A stretch of 64,000 nt of DNA from an uncultured bacterium (GCA_965541585.1 CBEUCH010000013.1:1-64000), one strand, 5' to 3'. Numbered from the stretch's first letter, positions 31,514 through 42,583 are shown. Notes: generated by a model not told the origin, from the sequence alone. Made by a program: numbers and translations.

Positions 31514-31794
31514 TTCGCCACGGGAATGATTCAGGGGCGATTGTTTAGCCTTCGCTCGTCACGATTTGATATAGGGATCATTGTAAGGAGTCCGGCAGCA
31601 GCCGGATGAATTCTTAAAGCTGCTTTTCTCAGCCACAACCCCTGAGATTCCGTCAATGCGCAAATGCGACGTTTCATCATGCAACCGGCCGGTAGCCCAT
31701 CGTGAAACATGTGGTGCATGCTGAATAAAATCCTTATCGGCAACGAGCGCCGACCCGAATCTAACTATGAGTTTCCTTGTAATCGGGGTGGTCT

Positions 31795-32928
31795 ATGGAT
31801 TTTCGGGCAAAATGGATGATATTTATTCTCGCCGTCATGGCGGCCTGTTCAGATCGGCCAACAGAGGAGCCGGCATATAATGTAGCCCTGACTCTGATTC
31901 CTCCGGCTGATCCGTTATATGATCTGGTGGATTCGGCGAGCCTGAGCATCGATGCGGTCGAAATGCAGTCGCCATTTACAGCCGTATATCCGATAGACCC
32001 TGCTATCGAGGATCCCCGGATCATAGGGCTGAATCTCGAAAGCGGAGTCGCCAGGATTTTCAGGATGCGGCTTTTGAATAACGACGGCAGAGTTCTCTTC
32101 TCATCCCTGGCCCTGGGAGACATATCGGAGGACCGATTATTGAGCCTCGATCTAGTCTTCGGACAATCGGGCTTTGGCACGGGATCGATAGTAAAAATAT
32201 TCAGAGATCGGTTGCCATGGGATAGCAGGGCCCTGGACTCTACGCTCTACGAACAGGGACTGACGCTCGGCCACGGAGGCGGCCAGTTCTATATTTATTA
32301 TTCGGATATGATGGCGGATGTTGAGTTGCAGCCGGGAATTGATCTGGTCATCATATCAAACGACCAGCCGCAGATATTTTACGATAGCTATGCCGTAAAT
32401 CAAGATCGGTTTGAAAACTTCGTCCGAGAAGGCGGCACCCTTCTGTGGTGTGCATGTGATCTGGGATGGAATTATGGCTCCATAACTGAAGCTGGTTTGA
32501 CCCTTCCCGGCTTTATCACGACGCGGTATTCGCTCGATCAGGTCAACATCGTAACGAATTCCGAATATCAGCTTCTCTCCGGCCTTAGCGATACTCTTCA
32601 CGGTAATTATGCAAGCCAGGAATATTTTGAAAATATCCCGTATGGCGCTATCGCGTATTTGACGGATACCGACGGCCGCCAGACGTTAATTGGCTACGGA
32701 TTGGGTAATGGGTGGGTGATCGTCTCTGGCCAACCGCTGGAGTATAATTATGATCGGAGAGATCAGTATAATATCGGTGATTTGCTGCCCCGCATAGTCA
32801 GCTTTTTGTTAGGGATTACGCCGGGTGGTTCTTTTTCCCTTATCCCTGGGTCCGGGGCGTTTGAGCGCCAATGCCGGGGTTCCGCAAGTAGCCCCGCATT
32901 CGCGCTGGAGGGGACGACCCGCCAGTGA
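31795..32928 (+). CDS. Hypothetical lipoprotein (C-terminal glutamine-amidotransferase-like fold possible)
   Basis: MAAC lipobox; FV.EGG.LL and G.GWVIV motifs. Confidence 0.6.
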   Translation: MDFRAKWMIFILAVMAACSDRPTEEPAYNVALTLIPPADPLYDLVDSASLSIDAVEMQSPFTAVYPIDPAIEDPRIIGLNLESGVARIFRMRLLNNDGRVLFSSLALGDISEDRLLSLDLVFGQSGFGTGSIVKIFRDRLPWDSRALDSTLYEQGLTLGHGGGQFYIYYSDMMADVELQPGIDLVIISNDQPQIFYDSYAVNQDRFENFVREGGTLLWCACDLGWNYGSITEAGLTLPGFITTRYSLDQVNIVTNSEYQLLSGLSDTLHGNYASQEYFENIPYGAIAYLTDTDGRQTLIGYGLGNGWVIVSGQPLEYNYDRRDQYNIGDLLPRIVSFLLGITPGGSFSLIPGSGAFERQCRGSASSPAFALEGTTRQ

Positions 32929-33137
32929 TCATATACCGTTGGTCCGCACGGTGCGGATAGAGTATCCCGCCGAATGGATCGATTCAGCCCCGGTTATCGA
33001 TAACGGGGCTGATTTTTTGATTTACAGTTACCTCCGGGTCTGCCATTATTGGGCTTTTTCGTCAAAAAGAACCGACGGAAGGGAAACCCCTGTCTCTCAA
33101 GGATAGTATAAGTCTTAGAGAGACATCGGAGGTAGTT

Positions 33138-33350
33138 ATGAGGCTTAAATCCAGAAGAGCGCCAAAATTGAAATTTGAAACATCGCCCGATAGACTATTG
33201 CTGGCGGTGGTATATCCGGGATTGTATTGCCCGCGCTGCGGATCAAAGGAGATTGGACTGAAAAAGTTGGTGGGTGAAAATGCCATCTGGGGTTGCCGCG
33301 ATTGTTCGGCGGATTTCAGATTGGAGTTTCCGAAGATCAATAGATTTTAG
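33138..33350 (+). CDS. Small zinc-ribbon protein
   Basis: SD GGAGGT; CPRCGS...WGCRDC; followed by a terminator. Confidence 0.6.
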   Translation: MRLKSRRAPKLKFETSPDRLLLAVVYPGLYCPRCGSKEIGLKKLVGENAIWGCRDCSADFRLEFPKINRF

Positions 33351-33371
33351 CAGGCCTGAATTCATTATATT

Positions 33372-33404
33372 ATTAAAGCCCCGATGCAGAGTCGGGGCTT
33401 TAAT
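33372..33404. terminator. Bidirectional terminator
   Basis: ATTAAAGCCCCGA-loop-TCGGGGCTTTAAT. Confidence 0.75.
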
Positions 33405-33427
33405 TATTTTCGGGCAGATAAAAACCT

Positions 33428-34678
33428 CTACTGTGCGGTGGTTTTCTCTCCTCTGATTTCACTTTTTGAAAATAAGGCCAGCGTCAATCCGCCCAGTCCC
33501 ATCATTAAAACCACCATCGTCAGAAGATATCCTATAACGGGAATAAATGATAAAGCCACCAATATCACCATTCCTATTGTAAAACAAAGGTAGCCCGGTT
33601 TGCCGCCGCCGATGCCCAACAGCTCGCAGATCTTCCGGCCGATGAAAAGGGAGGCGTAAATTCCTCCTGCGAAACAGCCGGCGCCGAACAGGAGAATCAG
33701 CACCGCCCCCAGAGGGGCGCCGATTATAGTCAGCAATAGCACTACTGCGACGATAGGCGCCAGAAACAGAATTACAAACCCGATTCCCAGGCTGGGAAAC
33801 AGCCTGGTGGTTAGACTCTGTTCGGTGGACAGCGCCATACCTTTGGAAAGAAGAATCAGGATATTCCCGGAGATCGCCAGCATGATCCACAGGATCACCA
33901 TGGACATCATAGCGGGGAACGGAATGGCCGAGACAATGAAGATCAAGAGAGAGATGATTGTCATGAAAAGGAAATATCCTCGATGTGATATTAACCAGGT
34001 GGATGCCTTCCCAAACGTAACCCAGCCGCTTACCTCGCTCTCCTTGCGTTCTGTCCGGGTCCACCTGACCTCCCCTGTAATCCGAGCAGAGGATGAAATA
34101 TCGGCCTTATCCGGAGTTTCATAAATCAGGTCGCCTTCGATAACCGCATCGGGGCCGATAACGAGTTCTCGCCCTTCGAAACGAAAATACCCGCCCACCG
34201 AACCGGTAAAGGTTATCTGACCTGCGGTGACTTCCAGGTCTCCTTTTACATCACCCTGGAAAATTACGTTATCCGCAAACAGTTGAGCATCCTTGCCGAT
34301 TTCAACGTCTGGCCCGATCGTTATCTCCTGCCCAAATGCAAGAACATTCCTGCCTATGGGAGCATTACATGAAATATATCTTGCGAAACTCCGGAAACTA
34401 CCGCCGACCGGGCCGAGGCTTTGAATAGACTGGCAGAAGCTATTGAGGTTCCCATCAACGATCGAGGATTGAACCATTTCGTTGCAGGCGGCAAATAGAT
34501 CGCCGCGAATCTCGCTATCGAATTTAATCTTATTCCCGGTCATGAAAACGTCGTCATCGTAAACAGAATCTGCTTTGAAGCCCTTTTCATCGGGATTCAA
34601 AAACTGTGTGGCGAGGAGGCTCCCGGGATTGGCCATCAGGATCGAGACCAGCGCCATATTTAGGAATGTTTTTTTCAT
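33428..34678 (-). CDS. Polymer-forming (bactofilin-like beta-helix) domain membrane protein
   Basis: Signal peptide, I.GDL/V.GN repeats, then about 6 TM helices (IPVIG). Confidence 0.75.
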   Translation of the reverse strand: MKKTFLNMALVSILMANPGSLLATQFLNPDEKGFKADSVYDDDVFMTGNKIKFDSEIRGDLFAACNEMVQSSIVDGNLNSFCQSIQSLGPVGGSFRSFARYISCNAPIGRNVLAFGQEITIGPDVEIGKDAQLFADNVIFQGDVKGDLEVTAGQITFTGSVGGYFRFEGRELVIGPDAVIEGDLIYETPDKADISSSARITGEVRWTRTERKESEVSGWVTFGKASTWLISHRGYFLFMTIISLLIFIVSAIPFPAMMSMVILWIMLAISGNILILLSKGMALSTEQSLTTRLFPSLGIGFVILFLAPIVAVVLLLTIIGAPLGAVLILLFGAGCFAGGIYASLFIGRKICELLGIGGGKPGYLCFTIGMVILVALSFIPVIGYLLTMVVLMMGLGGLTLALFSKSEIRGEKTTAQ

Positions 34679-34787
34679 ACCTTTACCGCTTTGATTACGG
34701 TCTTTCAAGAAAGTTTGTTACCAGATTTTTGGAGAGCCTGTCAAGAGAATTCTTGCTCACCATCGAATCACCTGCTATTATTACGCG

Positions 34788-35360
34788 ATGACTTACTCGA
34801 ATCGGAATAAGCCTCGACCGCTGGTTGATAGATATCCGTACAGCATAATAATTCCCCGCTGGTTTTTTGCGGTGGCCGAGATGGGGTTGGCGTCCTATTT
34901 TGTTTTTTCACTCAATTTTGAGCTGGGGCTGATCTTCCTTACCTATGGAGTCGTCTGCGCCTTCCTTCTGCTTCCATTGATCAGATGCGTCCGGTGCTAT
35001 TACTACGGCAAACGATGCAATTTCGGGTGGGGTATTCTGGTATCCAGACTGCTGCCGAAAGTCGAGGGTGAGAACTACGCCTCCAGCTACGGATATTCGA
35101 TTCTCTTCTGGCCCTTAAGAATTATACCATTCGGGCTTGGCCTGAGAGATATAATATTCGGCGTTTTCCATGGTTTACAATTTCTACCGCAAGGGGTGTT
35201 CGGCATCTATTTCCTCGTGATTTTTCTTCATCGGTGGTTTTACAGGAAATTGGCCTGCAGTAGATGCCATCAGCGACCAGGATGTCCGGTTTACGATGCG
35301 AAGGCGGTCATGGGGGACACCCTGAAAGTCAATACTGTTAGTGACACTGAAGAAATTTAG
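34788..35360 (+). CDS. Cys-rich membrane protein of unknown function
   Basis: About 4 TM helices; CVRCYYYGKRC and CSRCHQRPGCP. Confidence 0.65.
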   Translation: MTYSNRNKPRPLVDRYPYSIIIPRWFFAVAEMGLASYFVFSLNFELGLIFLTYGVVCAFLLLPLIRCVRCYYYGKRCNFGWGILVSRLLPKVEGENYASSYGYSILFWPLRIIPFGLGLRDIIFGVFHGLQFLPQGVFGIYFLVIFLHRWFYRKLACSRCHQRPGCPVYDAKAVMGDTLKVNTVSDTEEI

Positions 35361-35390
35361 GCGGCTTCAGAGGAGCGGCCTGGAGATTAT

Positions 35391-37115
35391 ATGAACTCTC
35401 TCTTTCTTGGCGGCCTGGCTATAATTTTACTCTATCTCGGATATAGATTCTACGGAGCCTTTATTGAAAAAAGGCTCATCGGTCCCGAAGATAGTTTTCC
35501 CACTCCCGCTGTTACAGAAAACGATGGTGTTGACTACTCGCCCGCCAGGACCCCGATGCTTTTCGGGCACCATTTCTCCTCCATTGCCGGGGCGGGACCG
35601 ATCATAGGTCCTCTTATCGGGGTTACCTTTTTTGGCTGGTTGGTTTCTGCTCTCTGGATAGTCATAGGATCGATATTCATGGGAGCAGTGCATGATTATA
35701 CCTCCATGATGCTTTCGGTGCGCAACAAGGGTAAATCGATCGCGGAGATTGCCGGGATTTCTCTGGGGAATAGGGCCAAAATGGTCTTCTCGGTTTTTCT
35801 CTGGATAGCCTTAGTTCTGGTCGTGGCAGCTTTCGGCGATGCAACCGCTCAAACCCTGGTCAAAAAACCGGAGATCGTCATACCGACTTTTGGCTTGATC
35901 TTTATAGCCATCTTTTTTGGCCGCCTTGTCTACCGGATGGGCGTCTCGCTGATCCTCGGTACCATAATATCTCTCGGGCTTCTGGCGGCCCTGGTTTATC
36001 TTGGTGAGTTAGCCCCTATCTCTGTTCCGGGTATGGTTTTTGGAATGTCCGATGTCCGGTTCTGGTTCTGGATTTTAATGGTCTATGCTTTGATCGCCTC
36101 CGTCATTCCGGTATGGGTCCTTCTCCAGCCACGGGATTATATCTCCAGCTGGCTGCTTTATCTAGGCCTCGGACTGGGATTTCTCGGTTTGACAATCGCC
36201 CACCCGGATTTAAAGGCGCCCGCTATTGTGGCTTTTGATAGCCCGACGCAGGGGCCGCTATGGCCGATGCTGTTCGTTCTTATTGCATGCGGTGCCGTCA
36301 GCGGATTTCACTCCCTCGTGGCCAGCGGAACCACGGCCAAGCAACTTGCGCGTGAAGGACTCGGGCGAAAAATAGGTTACGGTTCAATGATCTTAGAAGC
36401 GGTTCTGGCAATTATGGTAGTCATGATTGCCGCCGCGGCCCTGAACTGGGATCCATCCGCCCGGAAGTCGGCTTTCGGTCTGCAATACCTGATGACTTCG
36501 GCCACTGCCGGTGGGGGAGGCGGTCCCATAGTCGCCTTCGCTACAGGTTTTGGCAAGGTGGTTAATATCTTGCCGGGGATCTCGCTTGCTGCAGGAATCT
36601 ATTTCGGGATGCTGATGCTGAACGCCTTCGTGATGACAACGCTCGATACAGCTACCAGGTTGGGGAGGTTTATTTTGACCGAAGCCGGCGGAGAAAAGTT
36701 TAAACTCCTGAATAACAGATGGCTGGCCACCATAATGACCGTTGCAGCGGCCGGGTTATTGGCATCGACAGGCGGTGTTAAGACTATCTGGCCGGTTTTT
36801 GGTGCCGCCAATCAACTCGTTGCAGCACTGGCGCTGGTAGTAGTATCATCATATCTGATCGGTGTAAAAAAGCCGAGGCTCTACACGGTTTTACCGGCAA
36901 TTTTCATGTTGGTAACCACAATCGGCGCTTTGATATTTAACATGACCGGCTTCTTCGCTATGGGCACCGCACGGGGCTATCTTCTTGGATGCGTTTCGGT
37001 TATACTCACCGCGTTAGCCCTTTATATTGCCTTTGAGGCCAGGGACGTTTTTCTGTTTCTGAAGCGAAAGAGAGAACCTATAGTGGCTCCACATCCGGCT
37101 TGGAGCCGAGAATAG
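35391..37115 (+). CDS. cstA: Carbon starvation protein A family transporter
   Basis: GHHFSSIAGAGPI, GAVHD, LLQPRDY, ACGAVSGFH, TTLDTATR, WPVFGAANQL. Confidence 0.93.
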   Translation: MNSLFLGGLAIILLYLGYRFYGAFIEKRLIGPEDSFPTPAVTENDGVDYSPARTPMLFGHHFSSIAGAGPIIGPLIGVTFFGWLVSALWIVIGSIFMGAVHDYTSMMLSVRNKGKSIAEIAGISLGNRAKMVFSVFLWIALVLVVAAFGDATAQTLVKKPEIVIPTFGLIFIAIFFGRLVYRMGVSLILGTIISLGLLAALVYLGELAPISVPGMVFGMSDVRFWFWILMVYALIASVIPVWVLLQPRDYISSWLLYLGLGLGFLGLTIAHPDLKAPAIVAFDSPTQGPLWPMLFVLIACGAVSGFHSLVASGTTAKQLAREGLGRKIGYGSMILEAVLAIMVVMIAAAALNWDPSARKSAFGLQYLMTSATAGGGGGPIVAFATGFGKVVNILPGISLAAGIYFGMLMLNAFVMTTLDTATRLGRFILTEAGGEKFKLLNNRWLATIMTVAAAGLLASTGGVKTIWPVFGAANQLVAALALVVVSSYLIGVKKPRLYTVLPAIFMLVTTIGALIFNMTGFFAMGTARGYLLGCVSVILTALALYIAFEARDVFLFLKRKREPIVAPHPAWSRE

Positions 37116-37330
37116 GCTTTTTGAAATCGTCATAGATTGAACGCTCAGGCCCAGGTTTCCGTGGAACAGCGGCTTTTTTCTTCAAGTCTTTCCTGCAATG
37201 TTCGAAGATATCTACAGATGTTCCTATATAGGATAATAGCGCCGGAATCGGTTCCGGCAGACGGTGATCCCTTATCTATGCCGGTAAATTACCGATAATG
37301 ATAAGAGTAGCACTGAGATAAGAATGGCGG

Positions 37331-39055
37331 TTGGTTACTATGCTGGATAAAAGGATGGTGGGCGAAAACCCACAGGAGTCGACAAGAAAGATAAATATAG
37401 CCTCAGAACTCAAAAAATTCTCGGCTCCAAAAACCGAGTTCAAGATCAACGGCGGGGATGATTTTGCGCTGGGAAGAAATGACCTGCGGGCGTTGTACGA
37501 GGTTTCCCGGGCCGTGAACTCCACTCTCATATTGGATGAAATATTAAGCATCGTGATGCAGAAGTCGATAGAGCTACTCCAGGCGCAGAGAGGTTTTTTG
37601 ATGCTTCTGGATTCGGACGGGAATCTGCAGTTCAAAACGGCCTATAAGATCAACAAAAAAGATCTGGATGAAAGCGATCTTCAGATTCCATCCTCGATCG
37701 CACGGACGGTGCTTGAAACAGGGCAGTCGCTTTACACCTCCGACGCTTTGAAAGATGATCGTTTTTCGCATAAAAAATCCGTTCTGGAGATGAATATACG
37801 TTCGGCTATCTGCGTGCCTTTAAGGATCAAAGATCAAACCATAGGCGTCGTATATCTTGATAATTCAGCCAGAGCCAACATATTCTTAAAATCGGATTTG
37901 CATCTATTCGAGCTCTTTGCGGATCAAGCTTCCTTAGCCATACATAATGCCCAGCTTTATACAGAGCTTTTCGATCTCCAGCGATTTCAGGAAGCGACTC
38001 TTGATAAAACACCTGTGGGAATAATGGTCCTGGCCGAGAATGGGGAAGTTATCTCATATAATAATGCCTCCTTCGCCCTGTTGTATAAGGCCTCTCTCGT
38101 GCCGGACGATGGCAGCTATGATCTTCTGGGCAAAAACTTCCTGGAGATCTTACCATCCGCGGAACGGAAATTCTGGAAGGAGAACATAGCCAGATCGGCG
38201 GAGGTTACCGAGGAGATTCCTTCGCACAGGCAAAAGATCGGTTCGGATGATACCGTTTTCAGATATCGATTTTCGCCATTTCATCATGTGAGCGACGATC
38301 TGAACGGCAGGATTATAGTTATCGAGGACATCACGGAAAAAGTGATTCTGGAGCAATCCCTGCTATTATCTGAGAAGATGGCTGCCAAGGGGGAGATGGC
38401 GGCCACTATTGGGCATGAGCTAAACAATTATCTGACAACCATATCGACCAACGCCCAGCTTCTGCCGCGCATCTTAGAGAAAGGACAAATGGATAAGGTC
38501 CCGGCGAAGGTTGACAGCATCCTGGCCGGCATTGACAAAATGAAGCGTTTCACATCGGGCCTGATGGATTTCTCAGCCCTCGAGACCAGGAAGGCCTCGC
38601 ATGACATATCGGTTGTCTTAGATGACGTGATCTTTTTTGTGAAGCCGCTGAAGAAATTCAAAGCAATTGATGTCGCTCTTGATATAGCTCTTGATATTCC
38701 GAAGGTGATGATTGATATAGGGCAGATTCATCAGGTTATCTTTAACCTCTTGATGAATGGGGCCGATGCCATAGCGGACAGCGGAGTTACCGATGGGGCC
38801 ATTAGGATCACCGCCCGGTGCGAGGCAGAGTTTGCCACCGTGGTTATCTCCGATAACGGGCCGGGTATCCCGGATGATATTCTGTCAAACCTGTTTGAAC
38901 CTCATATAACATCAAAGACGTCCGGGCACGGATTGGGGCTTTCTATCAGCCTGAGAATTATTGAGAGCCACGGCGGCCAGCTTACGGCATCGAATAATCC
39001 AGATGGCGGTGCATCGTTTAAAATAAAGCTTCCATTGGGTAAGGTTGATGAATGA
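37331..39055 (+). CDS. Cytoplasmic GAF-PAS sensor histidine kinase
   Basis: GAF (RSAICVPL, GVVYLDN), PAS-like segment, HELNN H-box, DNGPGI, GHGLGL; no TM helix. Confidence 0.9.
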   Translation: MVTMLDKRMVGENPQESTRKINIASELKKFSAPKTEFKINGGDDFALGRNDLRALYEVSRAVNSTLILDEILSIVMQKSIELLQAQRGFLMLLDSDGNLQFKTAYKINKKDLDESDLQIPSSIARTVLETGQSLYTSDALKDDRFSHKKSVLEMNIRSAICVPLRIKDQTIGVVYLDNSARANIFLKSDLHLFELFADQASLAIHNAQLYTELFDLQRFQEATLDKTPVGIMVLAENGEVISYNNASFALLYKASLVPDDGSYDLLGKNFLEILPSAERKFWKENIARSAEVTEEIPSHRQKIGSDDTVFRYRFSPFHHVSDDLNGRIIVIEDITEKVILEQSLLLSEKMAAKGEMAATIGHELNNYLTTISTNAQLLPRILEKGQMDKVPAKVDSILAGIDKMKRFTSGLMDFSALETRKASHDISVVLDDVIFFVKPLKKFKAIDVALDIALDIPKVMIDIGQIHQVIFNLLMNGADAIADSGVTDGAIRITARCEAEFATVVISDNGPGIPDDILSNLFEPHITSKTSGHGLGLSISLRIIESHGGQLTASNNPDGGASFKIKLPLGKVDE

Positions 39056-42000
39056 TCGCCTTATAGCCGGGCGATATAGAATCGAAGAGCTTTTGGGCGA
39101 AGGCGGTTTAGCTCGTGTCTATCGTGCGACTGACATTCTCACCGGCAAGGCGGCAGCCCTCAAAGAAGCCCATCCCGATGATTCGTCAGCACGCGAAGCC
39201 ATAATACATGAATACAGCTTCGCGTCATCGCACCAGCACCCGACATTGGTTTTTCCCTATTCGTTGATCGACTGTTCCGACGGAACTCTGATTGTCATGC
39301 CCCTGGTTGAAGGAACCGATCTAAAATCATGGTCGAATTCAACCTCCCTCAGCCCGGATCCGGATCAGGGAAAATCTCGAATGGATGGAGTCATAGCATC
39401 GATACTCGAGTGCGCGGCATTTATACACTTTTCAGGTTATTTATATAATGATTTCAAGCCTGCAAATTTCATGATCACCGGCGACATAGTTTCGAATGCG
39501 GCTGATAATATAAGACCGGTTCTTCTGGATTATAACCTGCTGACTCCCAGAGGCGGAAACCAGTCGAGGCGCGGCACTCTCGAATATATCTCTCCGGAGG
39601 TATTGAAAGGCGACCCTCCCGGAGTACAATCCGACCTGTACTCAATTGGAGCCATGATTTATGAGTTTTTTTCAGACGCTCCGCCCCTTTCCTCAACCGG
39701 TGACTCCGAGCTAATCAGGCTCGTTACAGAAAAGGGCAGTATCGACTTCTCTCGCATCCCGCAGCGCTTCAAAGAGGGGATGGAAGCCCTTTTATCTCGT
39801 GATCCGGGCCGACGCCCGCAGGATGCGAAGGAGGCAGCGGGGATTCTGGGCCTCGATGAGCAGTTTCAGACTCTCTTCCACGTCCGGATTGGATACTATC
39901 TGTCAGCCGGAACGCCGCCCTTTGCCGCCGAATTGGAGAGTTGTTTTAAGGACTATCTTCGCAGCATGTCCGAAAAGATCTTCCTGATCCGCGGTTTAAG
40001 CTATGGCACGAGCGCATCGAATTATCTGGCATCGAGGTTTGCGATTGATGGATTTGAAATCTATCGTATCCACGCCGGGTATGACGATGATGCGTCCGCC
40101 GCGATTCTCCATGATCTCCTCCAGAGAATAGACACCGGCTTTCAGAAAAGAACTCTACTTCTGGTTGACAGACTTGAGGATTTAAATGATCAGAATGTAA
40201 GAAAGCTCAAGGTCATCGCCGGTTCTCGCGGCGATGTCCCCGTGGTCGCCGGAGCCGGGCGCTGGCATGATTTTGGCCTGCCGTATGTTTTGTTCGATCC
40301 CTTACGCAATCAAACCAGGCATAGCGCCACTACCGAGGCATTGAAAGCTTTCTTAAAGCAATCGGAATTAAATTTCGAATACGATCGCCTGAGCGAAGCT
40401 ACCGGGGGCGATCCGGAACTCATTTATTATCATCTAATTAGCGCTGCCAATGATGGCAGATTCGATCCGCTCTCCGGCAAGCAGGAATATGATCTTCGCG
40501 TAATCGATAAAGCCATACCGGGAGTGGTCGAAGCCACCGGGCGGATGTGCGATTCGTTGAGTGTAAGCGGGCAAACCGTAATGACTAAGCTCTCTGTGTG
40601 GGGCGACAGGATTCCGATGCTTCTCATGACAGGATTTGATGAAAGCGAGCAAAAAACCATAAACAGCCTGATGGAATCGGGTCATCTGGTTCGGGAGAAG
40701 GATTCTGTGGCTTTTCCCTCCGGTGATTCGAGAGATTTAATCTACTCTCGAACCTCCCCTGGTGAAAAAGAAACCCTTCACCGCTATTGGGCTGAGGCGA
40801 CTGAAAAACGGTTAAAGGACACAGACGAATACCTGGAGGCGGTAGCGTACCACTGGGGTCGCTCCGATGATATAAAAAGGGGATTCGAGGCAAATCGTCT
40901 GGCCGCCGCAGAGTATCTGAGAAAAGGAGAATTATCACGCGCCAAGGATATCGCCAAAACTCTCCTTTCCCTCTCGGAGAGAGGAGGTGGATCGAAATCC
41001 GCCGCCCTGGAGATCTATGCCGATATCGCTAAAGCCGAGGGAGATTATCAGGACGCTCGTGAAAAATATTTAAGAATTCTCTGGAATCTGCGGCTTGAGA
41101 GAGACAAGTGTCTGGAAGCCAAAACCTTAAAAGACCTGGGAGATCTTTATCGCTCGCTGAGGATATCCCGGAAGGCTCTGCTTTATACCAGAAAGGCATT
41201 GAGCTCATATACAGGGCTGTCGGACGAGCAAGGGATGGCCGATTGTCTAAACAACATGGGCCTGACCTACTGGGTAAATGAAGATTACAAGCAAGCCCTC
41301 GATTCTTTCAATTCCGCGCTTTCGGCAAACAAAAGGATGGGGAATTATCGCGAGCTTGCGAAAATCCAATCCAATATTGGTATTATCAAAGACATAACAG
41401 GAAAAACCGGGGATGTGACCAGCCATTTCTTAGATGCTCTGGACTGCGCCAGGCAGGCCGAAGATCCCAGACTTCAGGCCCTGGTTTCCAATAATCTCGG
41501 TTTCTTTTTGATCCGGCAGGGCGATTTCGAGACTGCACAAAGGCATCTCTTCGACGCCCTTGAGATATCGGAACGTATCGGTTTTACCGAGGAGATAATC
41601 AATTCCCTGACGAATCTAGGCCTTTGCCATCTTCGGCTTGGCGATCTGTTTAAGTCGGTGGAAAGCAACCAGAAGGCGCAGGAGTGGGCCAACTCATTTG
41701 GCAACAAACGGTTGGCGGCTGAAGCTGAGCTTCATCTCACTGAGGCCTGTATCCTGATGGGTAATTTTTCACTCGCCGAATCTGTCTTATCGTCAATCGA
41801 ATCCGATAAAGTATATTTGGAAGATAAAACGCTGAAATCTCAGGTCGATTTGCTCCGCTCCAGATGGCAGGTGAATTCGGGATATTATGAGAAAGCCCTA
41901 AGAACTGCGGGGGCCGTTTCCTCCGAAGCCGGAATTGCGGGCAATACGCGCTTGAGACTCGAGGCGGGATTGGTCGTCGCTGAAGCGCAGATGACCTCTC

Positions 42001-42524
42001 AGCCAAAAAGGGCGCTTTCGAATCTGGCGGTTCTGGCCGAAGAAGCACATAAATTGGGGCATGGCGATCTGGCAGAAGCAGCCGGATTGCTACTGGCAGG
42101 CATATATCTGCTATTAAAAGACTATTTCAACGCCGAGGGGTGGATTGAAAAATCCCTCTCTGGCAGGAAGCCGCCTAAGAGAGCTTATATCGAGGCCTCG
42201 ATTCTCTCCTCCGAAATCTCATATCTTAAAAACAGATATGACGATGCAATCGATAAACTAATTGAAATAGAGAGTACTGCGGCGGCCTCGGGATTCATCC
42301 CCTTGGCCCTCAAATCATCTGTTATCCTGGGGGAGATATTCACCTCCTGTCTGAAGCTATCAAGAGCAAAAAGGGCTTTTGGAAGAGCAGTGGAATACAG
42401 AGAGAAAATGTTATCTGCCTTCCCCGTAAACACTTCCACCGCACCTCTGCTTAAGCTCCCCTCCATGGTACGTCTTGAGGCAGGGCTGGCCGAGATAGAT
42501 GAAAAGGCATTTTTGAGGATTTGA
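39048..42524 (+). CDS. Ser/Thr protein kinase - degenerate NTPase - TPR protein
   Basis: LGEGGLARVY, ALK, NDFKPAN, DYN, GTLEYISPE, SDLYSIG. C-terminal TPRs (LNNMG, QSNIG, SNNLG, LTNLG). Overlaps the HK stop codon. Confidence 0.88.
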   Translation: MNDRLIAGRYRIEELLGEGGLARVYRATDILTGKAAALKEAHPDDSSAREAIIHEYSFASSHQHPTLVFPYSLIDCSDGTLIVMPLVEGTDLKSWSNSTSLSPDPDQGKSRMDGVIASILECAAFIHFSGYLYNDFKPANFMITGDIVSNAADNIRPVLLDYNLLTPRGGNQSRRGTLEYISPEVLKGDPPGVQSDLYSIGAMIYEFFSDAPPLSSTGDSELIRLVTEKGSIDFSRIPQRFKEGMEALLSRDPGRRPQDAKEAAGILGLDEQFQTLFHVRIGYYLSAGTPPFAAELESCFKDYLRSMSEKIFLIRGLSYGTSASNYLASRFAIDGFEIYRIHAGYDDDASAAILHDLLQRIDTGFQKRTLLLVDRLEDLNDQNVRKLKVIAGSRGDVPVVAGAGRWHDFGLPYVLFDPLRNQTRHSATTEALKAFLKQSELNFEYDRLSEATGGDPELIYYHLISAANDGRFDPLSGKQEYDLRVIDKAIPGVVEATGRMCDSLSVSGQTVMTKLSVWGDRIPMLLMTGFDESEQKTINSLMESGHLVREKDSVAFPSGDSRDLIYSRTSPGEKETLHRYWAEATEKRLKDTDEYLEAVAYHWGRSDDIKRGFEANRLAAAEYLRKGELSRAKDIAKTLLSLSERGGGSKSAALEIYADIAKAEGDYQDAREKYLRILWNLRLERDKCLEAKTLKDLGDLYRSLRISRKALLYTRKALSSYTGLSDEQGMADCLNNMGLTYWVNEDYKQALDSFNSALSANKRMGNYRELAKIQSNIGIIKDITGKTGDVTSHFLDALDCARQAEDPRLQALVSNNLGFFLIRQGDFETAQRHLFDALEISERIGFTEEIINSLTNLGLCHLRLGDLFKSVESNQKAQEWANSFGNKRLAAEAELHLTEACILMGNFSLAESVLSSIESDKVYLEDKTLKSQVDLLRSRWQVNSGYYEKALRTAGAVSSEAGIAGNTRLRLEAGLVVAEAQMTSQPKRALSNLAVLAEEAHKLGHGDLAEAAGLLLAGIYLLLKDYFNAEGWIEKSLSGRKPPKRAYIEASILSSEISYLKNRYDDAIDKLIEIESTAAASGFIPLALKSSVILGEIFTSCLKLSRAKRAFGRAVEYREKMLSAFPVNTSTAPLLKLPSMVRLEAGLAEIDEKAFLRI

Positions 42525-42533
42525 GGATCGCCC

Positions 42534-42561
42534 AAAAAAAAGGGCCGCATTTGAGCGGCCC
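42534..42561 (-). terminator. Intrinsic terminator for the small peptide gene
   Basis: GGGCCGC-6nt-GCGGCCC followed by T8 on the minus strand. Confidence 0.8.
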
Positions 42562-42583
42562 GAGTTTTCCGGTAGAGTGGGTA

